Positions 1-10,173 of a stretch of 64,000 nt of DNA are shown here, piece by piece. Source of the DNA: Escherichia phage T5_ev219. The translations under genes were made by a program, and so were the position numbers. How positions within the stretch are numbered: the first letter of the stretch is position 1; each line of letters begins with the position of its first letter. The notes beneath the pieces are model-generated. The model did no database searches. It saw only the letters and a program-made list of their open reading frames with translations, and had not been told where the DNA came from. The stretch lies in the sequence record NC_134263.1, one strand, 5' to 3'.

Positions 1-260
1 GCTTGTTCGGCATCTGAGACATATTGATACGCCCCTTTATTATACGCTGGAGCAGTACACATTTTCTTACGCTCAATCTCTTCTTGAGCTTTTCTTTCGC
101 GTTCAGCTAATTCTTCGTCCAGGTAAACTAAACGTTGTTCTGGGGGAGGTGGAAGACGTGTTTCTGGCTCACCAATATTAGCCTTTCTTATTTGACGAGG
201 TGATTGTGCACGTTTTCTCAATGGTTTAAATCCTAATGAATTTGAGTTATAAATTCGCAT
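1..260 (-). CDS. hypothetical protein (N-terminal part; gene continues beyond window start)
   Basis: Open minus-strand frame from ATG at 258-260 preceded by GAGGAG Shine-Dalgarno; runs off window edge. Confidence 0.35.
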   Translation of the reverse strand, partial: MRIYNSNSLGFKPLRKRAQSPRQIRKANIGEPETRLPPPPEQRLVYLDEELAERERKAQEEIERKKMCTAPAYNKGAYQYVSDAEQ

Positions 261-336
261 AAAGCCCTCCTCACTTTCAATACGAATATTATACTAAATT
301 AGAGGGCTTTAAGCAAGAAAATTTTTAATTTATTTA

Positions 337-813
337 TCACATCTCAGCCATTTCAGCTTCAGTAATAACTGTGTTACACAGTGCATCTACAGCTTCATTA
401 CCACTAATACCAGAATGTCCTTTAACCTTAATAAAGGTAGGATTAGTATTATGAAAGTTGATATACTGCTGTGTTAATTTAAATGCTTCCTGCCAAAGTT
501 CTAGATTAAGAGGAACTTCACCATCTGCTTTCTTCCAGCCTTTCCTTTGCCAAGAAAACATCCAACTTTCCATACCATTTTTGCAATAAGCAGAATCAGT
601 ATAGATAGCAATTGGTCTATTATCTTTTTTAACGGACCAACGTAGAGCTTCTACAATAGCTGTGAGTTCCATCTCATTATTTGTAGTTTTAGGATTATAA
701 CCAGATTTAGAACCTAAACGATCGTCGTTATCATCATAGACAATAAAACCCCAAGCACCTGGACCTGGATTAGATTTACAAGCACCATCTGTGTAAATGT
801 GGAAAACGCTCAC
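337..813 (-). CDS. rnh: ribonuclease H (RNase HI-like)
   Basis: ORF track; motifs YTDGAC, TNNEMEL, GHSG..NE.AD typical of RNase HI. Confidence 0.85.
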   Translation of the reverse strand: MSVFHIYTDGACKSNPGPGAWGFIVYDDNDDRLGSKSGYNPKTTNNEMELTAIVEALRWSVKKDNRPIAIYTDSAYCKNGMESWMFSWQRKGWKKADGEVPLNLELWQEAFKLTQQYINFHNTNPTFIKVKGHSGISGNEAVDALCNTVITEAEMAEM

Positions 814-1358
814 TTATTAAGTTCCTCTATTGGTGGGTAATAGTTGGTATAGAAATCTTCTATAACTGCTTCGCTACCATGAAGTGTTTTTCTTAGTTTA
901 TTAGCCTTTATGACCGCACTTTCTAGGTCTAAGTAGTCAAAAACACCCCCGTAAATATTTTTACCATTATTATCAATCACCTGTACTTGCCATTTCTGTA
1001 GTTGTTTGTTCCAGTGTACACCTAGATATCCAGATTTACTCGATGTGGTACAATTTCTGTTATTAGACTGGCTTGTAGCTTCTCTTAGATTTATCCACCT
1101 ATTATCTGACCTAATTCTATTTTTGTGGTCTATTAAATCAGGTATTGATCCTGTCATATATAGAAAGGCTAACCTATGCGCTAAATAATCTATTTTATCT
1201 ATCTTAATAGTTATATATCCGTCTTTTCTTAGGTATCCAGCTGGCGAACCTGCTTTTCCTCCCCTACCACGACTTACCTTATTAGTAAATATACCAGTAT
1301 CTGGATCATAGATTAGTAGTTCTTTTAATCTTTCTTGGCTAGGTAACTTTTTACTCAT
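810..1358 (-). CDS. HNH homing endonuclease (AP2-like DNA-binding C-terminus)
   Basis: HNH-like DHKNR...DNRWINLR motif; clear paralog of ORF 23411-23941; inserted between core genes. Confidence 0.7.
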   Translation of the reverse strand: MSKKLPSQERLKELLIYDPDTGIFTNKVSRGRGGKAGSPAGYLRKDGYITIKIDKIDYLAHRLAFLYMTGSIPDLIDHKNRIRSDNRWINLREATSQSNNRNCTTSSKSGYLGVHWNKQLQKWQVQVIDNNGKNIYGGVFDYLDLESAVIKANKLRKTLHGSEAVIEDFYTNYYPPIEELNK

Positions 1359-1734
1359 CTAACCATCCTATGTCTATACTAAGTAATGCTTTTATTCCTG
1401 TAATACCTGTACCATAAGTATTATATCGAATAGCACTTCTGCTCTTTACTTCAAGTATATTTTCATGCTCTGTATTTTCTAGAATTTCTGTAGATATACC
1501 TAAATATCCTAATTGATCTTCCTCGTCCCAACCCATATCTTCTAGAAGATTTAGACGTAACTCTACCTTCTCATCTCCATTGCCTACAGAGTAGTAGTCT
1601 TCTAAAGTCCTGAATTTAGAAGTGATAGAGTCTAGTATTAATAATACCTGTTCCTTAGTAACAGTTTCTTTATCACTCTGCAAGTAATTGGAGTAACTCA
1701 GAAGGGCTTGTTCTAATTCAATTTCTTTACTCAT
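1351..1734 (-). CDS. hypothetical acidic protein
   Basis: ORF track 1351-1806 trimmed to ATG (MSKEIELEQ) at 1734 with AAGGAT RBS and own upstream promoter. Confidence 0.5.
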   Translation of the reverse strand: MSKEIELEQALLSYSNYLQSDKETVTKEQVLLILDSITSKFRTLEDYYSVGNGDEKVELRLNLLEDMGWDEEDQLGYLGISTEILENTEHENILEVKSRSAIRYNTYGTGITGIKALLSIDIGWLDE

Positions 1735-1763
1735 TTTATTATCCTTTTTGTACTTATTGAGTA

Positions 1764-1793
1764 TATTATATTTGAAATTGTACTTAATAAGCA
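1764..1793 (-). promoter_or_regulatory. sigma70-type early promoter (TTGCTT-18-TATAAT)
   Basis: Minus-strand TTGCTT at 1788-1793 and TATAAT at 1764-1769, upstream of gene 1351-1734. Confidence 0.5.
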
Positions 1794-1811
1794 AATACAA
1801 TTTCAAATATA

Positions 1812-1829
1812 ATAGCCCCGAAGGGCTAT
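1812..1829 (-). terminator. stem-loop (atagccc cgaa gggctat), weak U tract
   Basis: 7-bp GC-rich hairpin immediately after thymidylate synthase stop. Confidence 0.35.
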
Positions 1830-1834
1830 TTAAG

Positions 1835-2674
1835 TTAAGAGGACATTTTAGCTTTAAGAGCTGGGTGAGGATCGTACCCCTCTAAATGGAATGACCAAGC
1901 TGCCGTATTATTTTCTAGTAAGTCGTAAAGATCTACAAACTCTGGCATTACTAGAGTTGGTAAAGCACGAGGTTTACGTTTTACCTGTTCTTCTACCTGT
2001 TCCATATGGTCATTATAGATATGAGTATCACCACCACTAAAGATAAGATAACGAGGTTTTAATCCTGTCAGTTTTGCTAATATATGCGTTAATAAAGCAT
2101 AACTAGCAATATTGAAAGGTAAACCGAGGAAACAATCTACAGAACGTTGTGTCCATTTAAGATCTAGGTATCCATCGTTACTTACATAACACTGGAAGCC
2201 GTAGTGACAAGGTGGTAATGCCATTTTATCAAGTTCAGCTACGTTCCACGCAGAAACTAGATGTCTGCGGCCATGAGGATTATTCTTGAGTCCTTCAATA
2301 AGTTCTAGAATCTGATCTCGCCCACCAAAGTTACGCCACTGTTTACCATATACCGGTCCTAGATTACCCTTATCATACCCCATACTTATAGCTTGGTCTT
2401 CATAATTTGGAGTCCAGATGGTCCACTGTCCTTCGTCACGCCCAAATGTGAATACACGTAGATCATGAAGATTTGTGGAACCAGACAAGAACCATAAAAG
2501 TTCTCCTACTACTGATTTCCAGGCCAGGCGTTTAGTAGTTACAGCCGGGAACCCTTCACGTAGATCGAACTTAGCATAGGAATCAAAAATTGAAACTGTG
2601 CCTGTTCCTGTACGGTCATTACGGGGTTCACCTAATAAAATTACATCTGTCAAAATTTTTAAGTATTGTTGCAT
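1835..2674 (-). CDS. thyA: thymidylate synthase
   Basis: LPPCH active-site motif and overall ThyA-like sequence; 279 aa. Confidence 0.9.
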   Translation of the reverse strand: MQQYLKILTDVILLGEPRNDRTGTGTVSIFDSYAKFDLREGFPAVTTKRLAWKSVVGELLWFLSGSTNLHDLRVFTFGRDEGQWTIWTPNYEDQAISMGYDKGNLGPVYGKQWRNFGGRDQILELIEGLKNNPHGRRHLVSAWNVAELDKMALPPCHYGFQCYVSNDGYLDLKWTQRSVDCFLGLPFNIASYALLTHILAKLTGLKPRYLIFSGGDTHIYNDHMEQVEEQVKRKPRALPTLVMPEFVDLYDLLENNTAAWSFHLEGYDPHPALKAKMSS

Positions 2675-3207
2675 TAATAAGTAACCAATTCCTGTACAAA
2701 TCGCAGGCTGTTATCACTGTTTGCGCCAACTGCATAGACTAATCGAGTGGATTCATAGTTATAATCCAGTATCATACTATCTAGGTGTATATCTGCCTCT
2801 AGCTTCTGTTCGCTAAAGATTGTAGATACAAAAGCACTTTCTATATGCCCATGTTGGTACATTTCTAGAAGAAGATTAGCTCCACCTAGAACTACTGTTT
2901 GCTGATTTTTTAGAAAGGTAGGTAGTGTATCACCTATCATTGATATGGGAGTGTAAATATCATGTGTAATATCGTCTGGCAATGGACGATCAGCACGAAT
3001 AAATAAGTCAGAAGCTCCAATCATACGTTCCCTAACGGCATATGGAAGAGCTAAATAAGTACCTGCCCCAATAATAATATTATCAGGATTTAGTACATCT
3101 AATTGTGAATAAAAAGCATCTAGTTCTTCTTTAAAAGAACCCCAGGGAAGCTTACCCTGGAGGCCGAACTCCCCATTCGGCCCAACTGCATACATTGCTG
3201 TAATCAT
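2674..3207 (-). CDS. frd: dihydrofolate reductase
   Basis: 177 aa; LPW, IIGAGTY, VLGGANLL motifs resembling DHFR; position between thyA and nrdB. Confidence 0.7.
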   Translation of the reverse strand: MITAMYAVGPNGEFGLQGKLPWGSFKEELDAFYSQLDVLNPDNIIIGAGTYLALPYAVRERMIGASDLFIRADRPLPDDITHDIYTPISMIGDTLPTFLKNQQTVVLGGANLLLEMYQHGHIESAFVSTIFSEQKLEADIHLDSMILDYNYESTRLVYAVGANSDNSLRFVQELVTY

Positions 3208-4349
3208 AGGAAATCTCCAAATTCATTGCCCAGATCTTTCAGAGTATCAGTAGAGGTCTCAGTTACCTGACCTACACGGTAGGCTGCACCAATCTGGATT
3301 TCTTGTGGAGCAGGCTGTAGAGAAGTAGTATCCAACCAGTTCATAATCCACGGAATAGGGTTTTTGGTGATTACTGGTAAATGACCAGGCCATTCTACAC
3401 CGATGTGCATAAATGCATTACGCCCCACAAAGTATAGGTATTCTTCTAGAAGTTCTGCATTCAAGCCAATCAGACTACGACCTTTGAAAATGAAATGACC
3501 CCATTCAATTTCAGTTTTCAGAGTTTTCAAGAGCTGTGCTGGTGCTTTAGCCACTGCTTCATCTACCAGATCTTTGTCAAACTGCTGGAACATGATCTGG
3601 ATGATTGCTTTAGACATCTGGGTGTGTAGAGCTTCATCTTTAGCGATTAATTGCAGATTTTTAGCAATACCTTGCAGAATATCGTTCTCTGCTAATGCAA
3701 AGGTACATGCAAAGGATGCGTAAAACTGCATTGCTTCCAGACCATAGATCGCAAAGTAAGCGTCTAATAGTTTAGCCTGAGTTTCACGTTTAACTTCAGG
3801 GAACTCAGTTTCTGGATATGTATTGTCGCCACGATGATCGCGTACTGCGATGAAATACTGACCTAACTGGTACAGTTCATCGAATAGTTCAACAGAATCA
3901 GCGATGCGCGCGAATGCTTCTTGGTTTTTGGTTACAGAATCAATAAATTCTGCTGGATCAGTCAGCACATTACGAATAATATTACTATATGCACGGCTAT
4001 GCAGATCTTCGAAGTAGCTCCACTGCTTGAGCATACCTTCCAATTCTGGGCGACTTACAAGTGGCATAATAGCTGCTTCAGGAGCACGACTGATAAAGGA
4101 ATCAGTTTGAGTTTGCCATGCTAAGTTCAGGAGTGTAATTTCCTGAATTTCTCGTGGGAGATTAGGCCATTGTTTCTTATCTGCTTCCAGACTGATTTCA
4201 GTTTCAGTCCAAAATTGAGAGCGTTGCAGAAGTGCCAGACGTTCTAGTTCTGGATGTGCTACACGTACATAATCTGCGATACCGAGAGAATCTCCCAGGA
4301 AAAGGTCAGCGTTAGTATGATCCCAATTCAGGTTTAATAAAGTAGTCAT
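3204..4349 (-). CDS. nrdB: ribonucleotide reductase class Ia beta subunit
   Basis: 381 aa; ferritin-like di-iron radical protein pattern; adjacent to nrdA. Confidence 0.85.
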   Translation of the reverse strand: MTTLLNLNWDHTNADLFLGDSLGIADYVRVAHPELERLALLQRSQFWTETEISLEADKKQWPNLPREIQEITLLNLAWQTQTDSFISRAPEAAIMPLVSRPELEGMLKQWSYFEDLHSRAYSNIIRNVLTDPAEFIDSVTKNQEAFARIADSVELFDELYQLGQYFIAVRDHRGDNTYPETEFPEVKRETQAKLLDAYFAIYGLEAMQFYASFACTFALAENDILQGIAKNLQLIAKDEALHTQMSKAIIQIMFQQFDKDLVDEAVAKAPAQLLKTLKTEIEWGHFIFKGRSLIGLNAELLEEYLYFVGRNAFMHIGVEWPGHLPVITKNPIPWIMNWLDTTSLQPAPQEIQIGAAYRVGQVTETSTDTLKDLGNEFGDFL

Positions 4350-4380
4350 TGATTTTCCTCTTTCTCACTATTTCAGGAAT

Positions 4381-4409
4381 ATTATAGCAAATCTGGTAGT
4401 GATTAGCAA
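4381..4409 (-). promoter_or_regulatory. sigma70-type promoter upstream of nrdB (TTGCTA-17-TATAAT)
   Basis: Minus-strand TTGCTA (4404-4409) and TATAAT (4381-4386). Confidence 0.55.
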
Positions 4410-4426
4410 GTAAAATTTCAAAGAAA

Positions 4427-4448
4427 AAGGAGACCCGAAGATCTCCTT
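4427..4448. terminator. hairpin aaggaga...tctcctt flanked by T/A runs (bidirectional-looking, downstream of nrdA)
   Basis: Inverted repeat 4427-4433 / 4442-4448 with T runs on both strands. Confidence 0.55.
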
Positions 4449-4455
4449 GTTTTTA

Positions 4456-6786
4456 TTATAACTGGCAACCACCAGAAGCACAACCCGCTGCTTCTTCACC
4501 AGCTCCTCCACCATTCGCAGTGTTAAAGTTAGCATAATACCAAGTTTTTATACCGTACTTAACAGCAGTCATGAAATCACGAACTACTACTGGGCCAGGG
4601 ATGATTTCATTCTCGAATTTAGAGTAATCATAATACATCTGGAAACTTGATGACTGATTCAAGAATTTTTGGTAAACGGCGTTCCACTTGATCCACTCAG
4701 TGCGATCAATATCATAGGCCAGTTTATAGCTCATGAGAGTATCCCAATCAGTTGCACCTGGAGCAATTGCAATTACTTTATTCACTGCACTACCCTTGAT
4801 AGATACAATCTTACGAGGTGGTTCAATAGAGTTAGTAACCCCTAACAGAACGGAAGAACTTTCTCCTGGCATCTGCGCAGTCAGAACAGAGTTACGCATA
4901 CCGTATTTCAGAATATCTGCACGCAGAGATTCCCAATCCATTTCTAGACCTACGGATACCAGCTCATCAACAGTTTTCTTATACGTGTCGATTACCAGAG
5001 TTCCTTTAGATGGTTTAGTACGATCGAACCATTCACATGCACCTTGCTCTTTGGCTAGACGTACAGAGGCTTTATGCAGGAAGTAAGACAGTTTTTCAGC
5101 TTCACGATGGATCCAGTTACGTGCTTCAATACCTTCGTAAGCCAGACCTTCTGCTGCCATTGCACCTGCTGCGTTCATAAGGCCAATACCAACGTTACGA
5201 CGTTTCTTAGCTGTGTATTCCATAGTTGGGAACGGATAGTCCTGAATTTCAATGATGGTATCAACGAATTTCAGAAGAATATAGCAAGTCTTTTCCCACT
5301 CAGCCAGAGATTCCATGCGTCCAAGTACAACACCACCTAAGTTACACAGAGATACTTCACCAATATCCTCCGGCTTCATTTGATCAAGTTGTTCTTTCGT
5401 TTTATACAGTTCCGTGATATGATGGAACGGGCGTGTAGGCTGAGTAATTTCAACACAAAGGTTTGTCATACGGATCGGATCAAGGAAGTTACCGTGACGA
5501 TTAGATTCCCCGATGTGGTGAGCATACATACGTCCTGTTTCCATTCGGATACGTAGCCAAGTATCTAGGATTTCTTTTGCAGAGACTTTAGGAGCTGCTG
5601 GAACTGTTTTTCCTTCGTGGTCGATCTTTGTAAGAGATGCCACACGTTTCTCCGCTGCCACATAGATTTCTTCAAATTTAGCCTCGTCATCACTATAAAA
5701 CGCTTCATGAACTTCTGGAGCATAGAAGTATGACATTAGCGTAATATCTTCATTTTTCAGATAACGTTTTAACAAAAGATTGTTGAAGCTCAGAGAATAA
5801 TCCATCTTATCGATTTTATTCTCATCTGTAGCACGTTGCTGCTTAACCTGCATCAATTGAATGATTTCAGGGTCAAAGTATGGATAAGACACTGTAGCAG
5901 AACCACCACGAGTTTGCTGAGTATTGGCCTTTACTGAGCGGTCAATGTGTCGATAATATGGCAGTTTTCCGGAATGCGGGAATGCCCCATTTCGCACCGG
6001 ATCAGCAATTGATCGGCTTTCAAGATGATACCCGATTCCCGCTCTGGCTGCGACCATTTTGAAGACGATGTGCTCGGCTGTGTCGATTGAATCCAATGTG
6101 TCAGTGGAATCCACGAGGCAACAACTAGCAAATCCACGATCACTAGAGCGCAAGCCAACCAATGGCGGCGTAGGAATGTTGATTTTGTGTAGCGACATTG
6201 CGTTGTAGAGGTCGATTGCATCTAGAATTGTCCAATTAGGTTGAGATAACATCGCCATTGCCATACCCATATAGGCGAATTGCGGGGTTTCGTAAATTTC
6301 GCCAGTTGCGATATTACGACGGGAATACTTATCAAAGAATTGTTTCAATCCTCCGCTAGTGAAAAGACGGTCGCGATCATGGTCGATAACCTGATTCAGA
6401 GCTTCAAATTGCTCATCGGTAATCCATGCACTCATGTCTTCCCATGCACCTACACTAACCATATGATCGTGGAAGAAGCGTAGAGAAGGTGGTTCGAAGG
6501 AATCATAAAGGCGTTTACGCATTTGCGCAAGACGTAATTCCTTTGCTGGCACGTCGTATGCTGGATTATCTTTGATAAGACTTTCAGCAGCCTTAATTAA
6601 AGCATCCATCAGAGTGTCGGAATCTACAACCCCTTTAGGCAGAGTTTTTTGAGCAGCCATAGTAATGGCAGACCAACTTACATCAACTGTTTTGCAACCA
6701 TACTCTGCCCAACCATTGAGTTTTTCAGGAGCAAAGTCTTCTACAGTACCGTCACGTTTAATTACTTTTTCAATGCGATGGCTCAT
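4456..6786 (-). CDS. nrdA: ribonucleotide reductase class Ia alpha subunit
   Basis: ORF track 4456-6891; likely true start ATG at 6786 (MSHRIEKVIKRDG ATP-cone) with AGGAAA RBS; C-terminal CASGGC redox tail. Confidence 0.9.
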   Translation of the reverse strand: MSHRIEKVIKRDGTVEDFAPEKLNGWAEYGCKTVDVSWSAITMAAQKTLPKGVVDSDTLMDALIKAAESLIKDNPAYDVPAKELRLAQMRKRLYDSFEPPSLRFFHDHMVSVGAWEDMSAWITDEQFEALNQVIDHDRDRLFTSGGLKQFFDKYSRRNIATGEIYETPQFAYMGMAMAMLSQPNWTILDAIDLYNAMSLHKINIPTPPLVGLRSSDRGFASCCLVDSTDTLDSIDTAEHIVFKMVAARAGIGYHLESRSIADPVRNGAFPHSGKLPYYRHIDRSVKANTQQTRGGSATVSYPYFDPEIIQLMQVKQQRATDENKIDKMDYSLSFNNLLLKRYLKNEDITLMSYFYAPEVHEAFYSDDEAKFEEIYVAAEKRVASLTKIDHEGKTVPAAPKVSAKEILDTWLRIRMETGRMYAHHIGESNRHGNFLDPIRMTNLCVEITQPTRPFHHITELYKTKEQLDQMKPEDIGEVSLCNLGGVVLGRMESLAEWEKTCYILLKFVDTIIEIQDYPFPTMEYTAKKRRNVGIGLMNAAGAMAAEGLAYEGIEARNWIHREAEKLSYFLHKASVRLAKEQGACEWFDRTKPSKGTLVIDTYKKTVDELVSVGLEMDWESLRADILKYGMRNSVLTAQMPGESSSVLLGVTNSIEPPRKIVSIKGSAVNKVIAIAPGATDWDTLMSYKLAYDIDRTEWIKWNAVYQKFLNQSSSFQMYYDYSKFENEIIPGPVVVRDFMTAVKYGIKTWYYANFNTANGGGAGEEAAGCASGGCQL

Positions 6787-6824
6787 TTGGCTTTCCTTTT
6801 TATAGTTATCAGGATTTAAGGAAT

Positions 6825-6853
6825 ATTCTACTTTATTATTGGTCATTAGGCAA
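6825..6853 (-). promoter_or_regulatory. sigma70-type promoter upstream of nrdA (TTGCCT-17-TAGAAT)
   Basis: Minus-strand -35 at 6848-6853, -10 at 6825-6830. Confidence 0.45.
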
Positions 6854-6907
6854 ATAAAATTTTCTGATAGAAAAGGCCCGAGTATTTTCATACCCAGGCC
6901 TTATGTA

Positions 6908-7150
6908 TTACCAGTCTAGCTTTTTAGCTTGTTCAATTACTTTAGCTCTAGCTACTTCTTTTAATAGAATATCTATGGAAGTGCTTAACTCATTATAGTT
7001 GAACGGTTTATTTGGATTTGAGGTTATAATTTTCCACGCTAGGGTTGTCTTAGGACTTTCTTCCCCTTCCTTACGTGTAATCATATTAGCAGCACTCAGT
7101 GAAGTACGATGTATTTTAGTTTTACGGTGTAGATGTACGACGTTTCCCAT
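6908..7150 (-). CDS. hypothetical protein
   Basis: ORF track 6908-7219 trimmed to ATG (MGNVVHL) at 7150 with GGAAGG RBS; avoids overlap with phoH. Confidence 0.4.
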   Translation of the reverse strand: MGNVVHLHRKTKIHRTSLSAANMITRKEGEESPKTTLAWKIITSNPNKPFNYNELSTSIDILLKEVARAKVIEQAKKLDW

Positions 7151-7151
7151 A

Positions 7152-7904
7152 TTACACCTTCCCCATGTCTTTAAAAATATCGTAGAATGCTTTAGACTCA
7201 ACAGAACGAACGTTATCAATTAATTCGATCATTGAGAACGGAGCATTTTCATATTTCTCATAGACTTCCATAAGGAGTGCTAGACCTGAGTCACCTTTAA
7301 TGTCTTTCTGAGCTATATCTCCGCAGATAATTAAACGGCAGTCTTGTCCTACACGAGTTAGGAGACAAATCATTGCCTCAACGGAAATATTCTGAGCTTC
7401 ATCGACAATTACATAGGAGTTGTTGAAAGTTCTGCCACGAGCATGTTCTACAGCCAAAAATTTAATTTTCTGACGTTCGACATATCCCTTATAGGCATGA
7501 TCACCGATGGCCCATTTCATACCATCAGCTATTGGCTCTAACCAAGGCTCTAGCTTTTCCGCTAGATCACCAGGAAGCATACCAAGAGACTTACCTAGAG
7601 GTTCATTAGGACGTACGAGGATCACTTGCTCAATATCTGAGTGAATGTCTACGAGTTCCTGAGCTGCAAGAACAGACGGAATAAAGGTTTTACCTGTACC
7701 TGGCTCACCAATACCCACAGTCACTGTGTTGTTCTTGATCATATTGATATATGATTTTTGCTCGCGGTTTTTACCTACTAGGGATTTAGCAACTGGGTTA
7801 GCGTAATCATTAGAAAAATCAGCCTGAATTACGTTATTCTCATACTTGTTGCCACGCTTTCTTGAACCATTGCGGTTCTCTCTTTTTTGACGTGCTTTTC
7901 CCAT
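7152..7904 (-). CDS. phoH: PhoH-like ATPase
   Basis: Walker A GEPGTGKT; ORF track start trimmed to ATG at 7904 with TAGGAG RBS. Confidence 0.85.
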   Translation of the reverse strand: MGKARQKRENRNGSRKRGNKYENNVIQADFSNDYANPVAKSLVGKNREQKSYINMIKNNTVTVGIGEPGTGKTFIPSVLAAQELVDIHSDIEQVILVRPNEPLGKSLGMLPGDLAEKLEPWLEPIADGMKWAIGDHAYKGYVERQKIKFLAVEHARGRTFNNSYVIVDEAQNISVEAMICLLTRVGQDCRLIICGDIAQKDIKGDSGLALLMEVYEKYENAPFSMIELIDNVRSVESKAFYDIFKDMGKV

Positions 7905-7977
7905 AAATAACACTCCTATAGTGTACTTCGCTAACAGAGGATCAACAAAAAGATCTTGTTTATCAACTTACAAATAT

Positions 7978-8006
7978 ATTATACCAATATATACAGTAAA
8001 AAGCAA
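7978..8006 (-). promoter_or_regulatory. sigma70-type early promoter for the minus-strand phoH-nrd operon (TTGCTT-17-TATAAT)
   Basis: Minus-strand TTGCTT (8001-8006), TATAAT (7978-7983). Confidence 0.6.
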
Positions 8007-8198
8007 CTACAATTTTAAATAAGCCTATGATATTGCATTTAAATAAAAAATTTGCTTGCTTTTAACGTGAGATGTGTGATACTAGATAATCATTTTATAT
8101 CGCGTGCACGAGTGCGTGATTATACAATTTTTAATAGAGATTGGCAAATAAAATTTTTTGACTCAGATCATGTTACAGAACTTTATAGTAAAATATTG

Positions 8199-8227
8199 TT
8201 GACATCCGCCCTCGAATGAGTTATAAT
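8199..8227 (+). promoter_or_regulatory. consensus sigma70 promoter for nrdD (TTGACA-17-TATAAT)
   Basis: Perfect -35 and -10 hexamers with 17-bp spacer, 30 nt upstream of nrdD ATG. Confidence 0.7.
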
Positions 8228-8256
8228 AGTAGTCTTAGTTAGAGAAGGAGAGTATA

Positions 8257-10131
8257 ATGAATCGCAATGAAGAACTAAAGTATAAAGAAATGCAGGCGTT
8301 AATTAGAAACTGCAAAGAGATTATCGAAGGGTCAGCAGATGAAGAGCTGCTGTTTAATAATGCCAATAAACCCTCAGAACGTTTCCCTACACAAAGGGAT
8401 ATGCTTGCAGGTGAATTGAGTAAGTATCTGATTCTAGAAGAAATGCCAATTCAGATTCGAAATGCTCATATGATTGGGGATATTCATTTCCATGATGCTG
8501 ATTATGCTGCATTAGGTATGACTAACTGTTGTCTGGTAGCTTTGGAAGATATGTTGAAGAATGGTATGAAGGTTGGTAATGCTGAAATTAGCACTCCAAA
8601 CTCTATCACTACTGCGGCGGCTATTACTGCTCAGATTATCACTCAGGTTAGCTCCCACCAGTATGGTGGTACTTCTGTAGATCGTCTTGATGAAGTATTG
8701 GCTCCTTATGTTCGTAAGTCTTATGATAAGAATCATGCGTTTGCAAAACGTTGGACTAAGGATGAAGCCAAAGCATCAGTAATGGCTACTGAGATGACTG
8801 AAAAAGAAGTCTATGATGCTTGTCAGGGTCTAGAGTATGAAATCAATACGATGTTCAACTCTAATGGTCAGAGTCCATTTATTACCTTTGGTTTTGGTCT
8901 AGGAACTTCTTGGGAAGCACGTCTAGTACAGAAAGCAATACTGAAAGTACGTATGGATGGTTTAGGTATCAATAAACGTACAGCTATCTTTCCGAAACTG
9001 GTGTTTGTTCTGCGTGATGGCGTAAATATGAAGCCAGGAGATGTTAATTATGACGTCAAGAAGTTAGCTATGAAATGTACTGCTGAACGTATGTATCCAG
9101 ATTATATCAGCTATGATAAGGTTGTGGAAGTTACTGGGGACTATAAAGTTTCTATGGGCTGCCGTTCATTCCTAGCTGCTACAGAAGATGGTGAAACTGC
9201 CGGTCGTAATAACTTAGGTGTTGTTTCTGTAAACTTGCCTAGAATTGCTATCGAAGCTGAAGGAAATATTGACCTATTCTTTGATTTGCTTGAGCTACGT
9301 GTAGATACAGCATTAAAAGCGTTGGAGTGGAGAGTTGATCGCTTAAAATACATTCAAGCTAAAGCTGCACCCATCCTCTATATGTCAGGAGCCTTTGGGT
9401 TACGCTTGGAGCCTGATGAATATGTATTCGATCATTTCTATAACCGTGCTTCTGTATCTCTAGGGTATATTGGTTGCCATGAAATGCTACAGTTCATGTT
9501 TGGCAAAGATGTAGACACAATGTCCGAGACCTGCATCAAGTTTGTTCAGCGTGTATTGCAGTACATGCGGGATAGAGTCGATCAGAAGAAGGAAGAAACT
9601 AAGTTAGGTTATAGCCTGTATGCTACACCATCAGAATCCCTATGTGATCGTTTTTGTCGTCTAGACCGTGAATATTTCCCGGAGCATGAAGATATTCTGT
9701 CTAAAGGATACTACACTAACTCGCACCACCTTGATGTAGAACGCAAAGTTGCTCCCAATGTGAAATTTGATTATGAATCTAATTTTACTCCGATTGCTTC
9801 TGGTGGGTGCATTTCCTATGTAGAACTACCAGATATGAAACGATTCCCAGATGCACTGGAATGGGTTATTAATTATGCTGCTAGTAAAGTTCATTACTTC
9901 GGTATTAATACTCCAGTGGATTCTTGTAGTAAATGTGGATTCTTAGGTGAAACAATAGCATCCGAAGATGGATTTAAGTGCCCTATCTGTGGTAATCATG
10001 ACCCCGAAACTCTTGAAGTAACTCGTCGAGTTTGTGGGTATCTTGGAAATCCGGGTGCTCGTCCATTTAACCCCGGCAAACAGCACGAGGTGATGGGCAG
10101 AGTGAAACATCAGGATATTCGAGCTAAATAA
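8257..10131 (+). CDS. nrdD: anaerobic ribonucleoside-triphosphate reductase (class III)
   Basis: 624 aa; C-terminal zinc-ribbon cysteines and glycyl-radical motif RVCGYLG. Confidence 0.9.
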   Translation: MNRNEELKYKEMQALIRNCKEIIEGSADEELLFNNANKPSERFPTQRDMLAGELSKYLILEEMPIQIRNAHMIGDIHFHDADYAALGMTNCCLVALEDMLKNGMKVGNAEISTPNSITTAAAITAQIITQVSSHQYGGTSVDRLDEVLAPYVRKSYDKNHAFAKRWTKDEAKASVMATEMTEKEVYDACQGLEYEINTMFNSNGQSPFITFGFGLGTSWEARLVQKAILKVRMDGLGINKRTAIFPKLVFVLRDGVNMKPGDVNYDVKKLAMKCTAERMYPDYISYDKVVEVTGDYKVSMGCRSFLAATEDGETAGRNNLGVVSVNLPRIAIEAEGNIDLFFDLLELRVDTALKALEWRVDRLKYIQAKAAPILYMSGAFGLRLEPDEYVFDHFYNRASVSLGYIGCHEMLQFMFGKDVDTMSETCIKFVQRVLQYMRDRVDQKKEETKLGYSLYATPSESLCDRFCRLDREYFPEHEDILSKGYYTNSHHLDVERKVAPNVKFDYESNFTPIASGGCISYVELPDMKRFPDALEWVINYAASKVHYFGINTPVDSCSKCGFLGETIASEDGFKCPICGNHDPETLEVTRRVCGYLGNPGARPFNPGKQHEVMGRVKHQDIRAK

Positions 10132-10138
10132 GCTAATC

Positions 10139-10171
10139 AGCCGGGTTGCTAGTCGACCTGGCTTTTATTTT
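10139..10171 (+). terminator. rho-independent terminator after nrdD
   Basis: Hairpin agccgggt / acctggct followed by TTTTATTTT. Confidence 0.6.
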
Positions 10172-10173
10172 AT

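Noticed and set aside
5931-6221. Antisense ORFs within nrdA, nrdB, the polymerase gene and others (for example 3921-4124, 4733-5086, 5074-5340, 25267-25554)
   Set aside because: All overlap strongly supported genes on the opposite strand and lack translation signals.
4456-6891. N-terminal 35-aa extension of nrdA (MKILGPFLSEN...)
   Set aside because: No RBS, and the ATP-cone begins at MSHRIEK (ATG 6786) with a good RBS; the longest-ORF start is likely an artefact.
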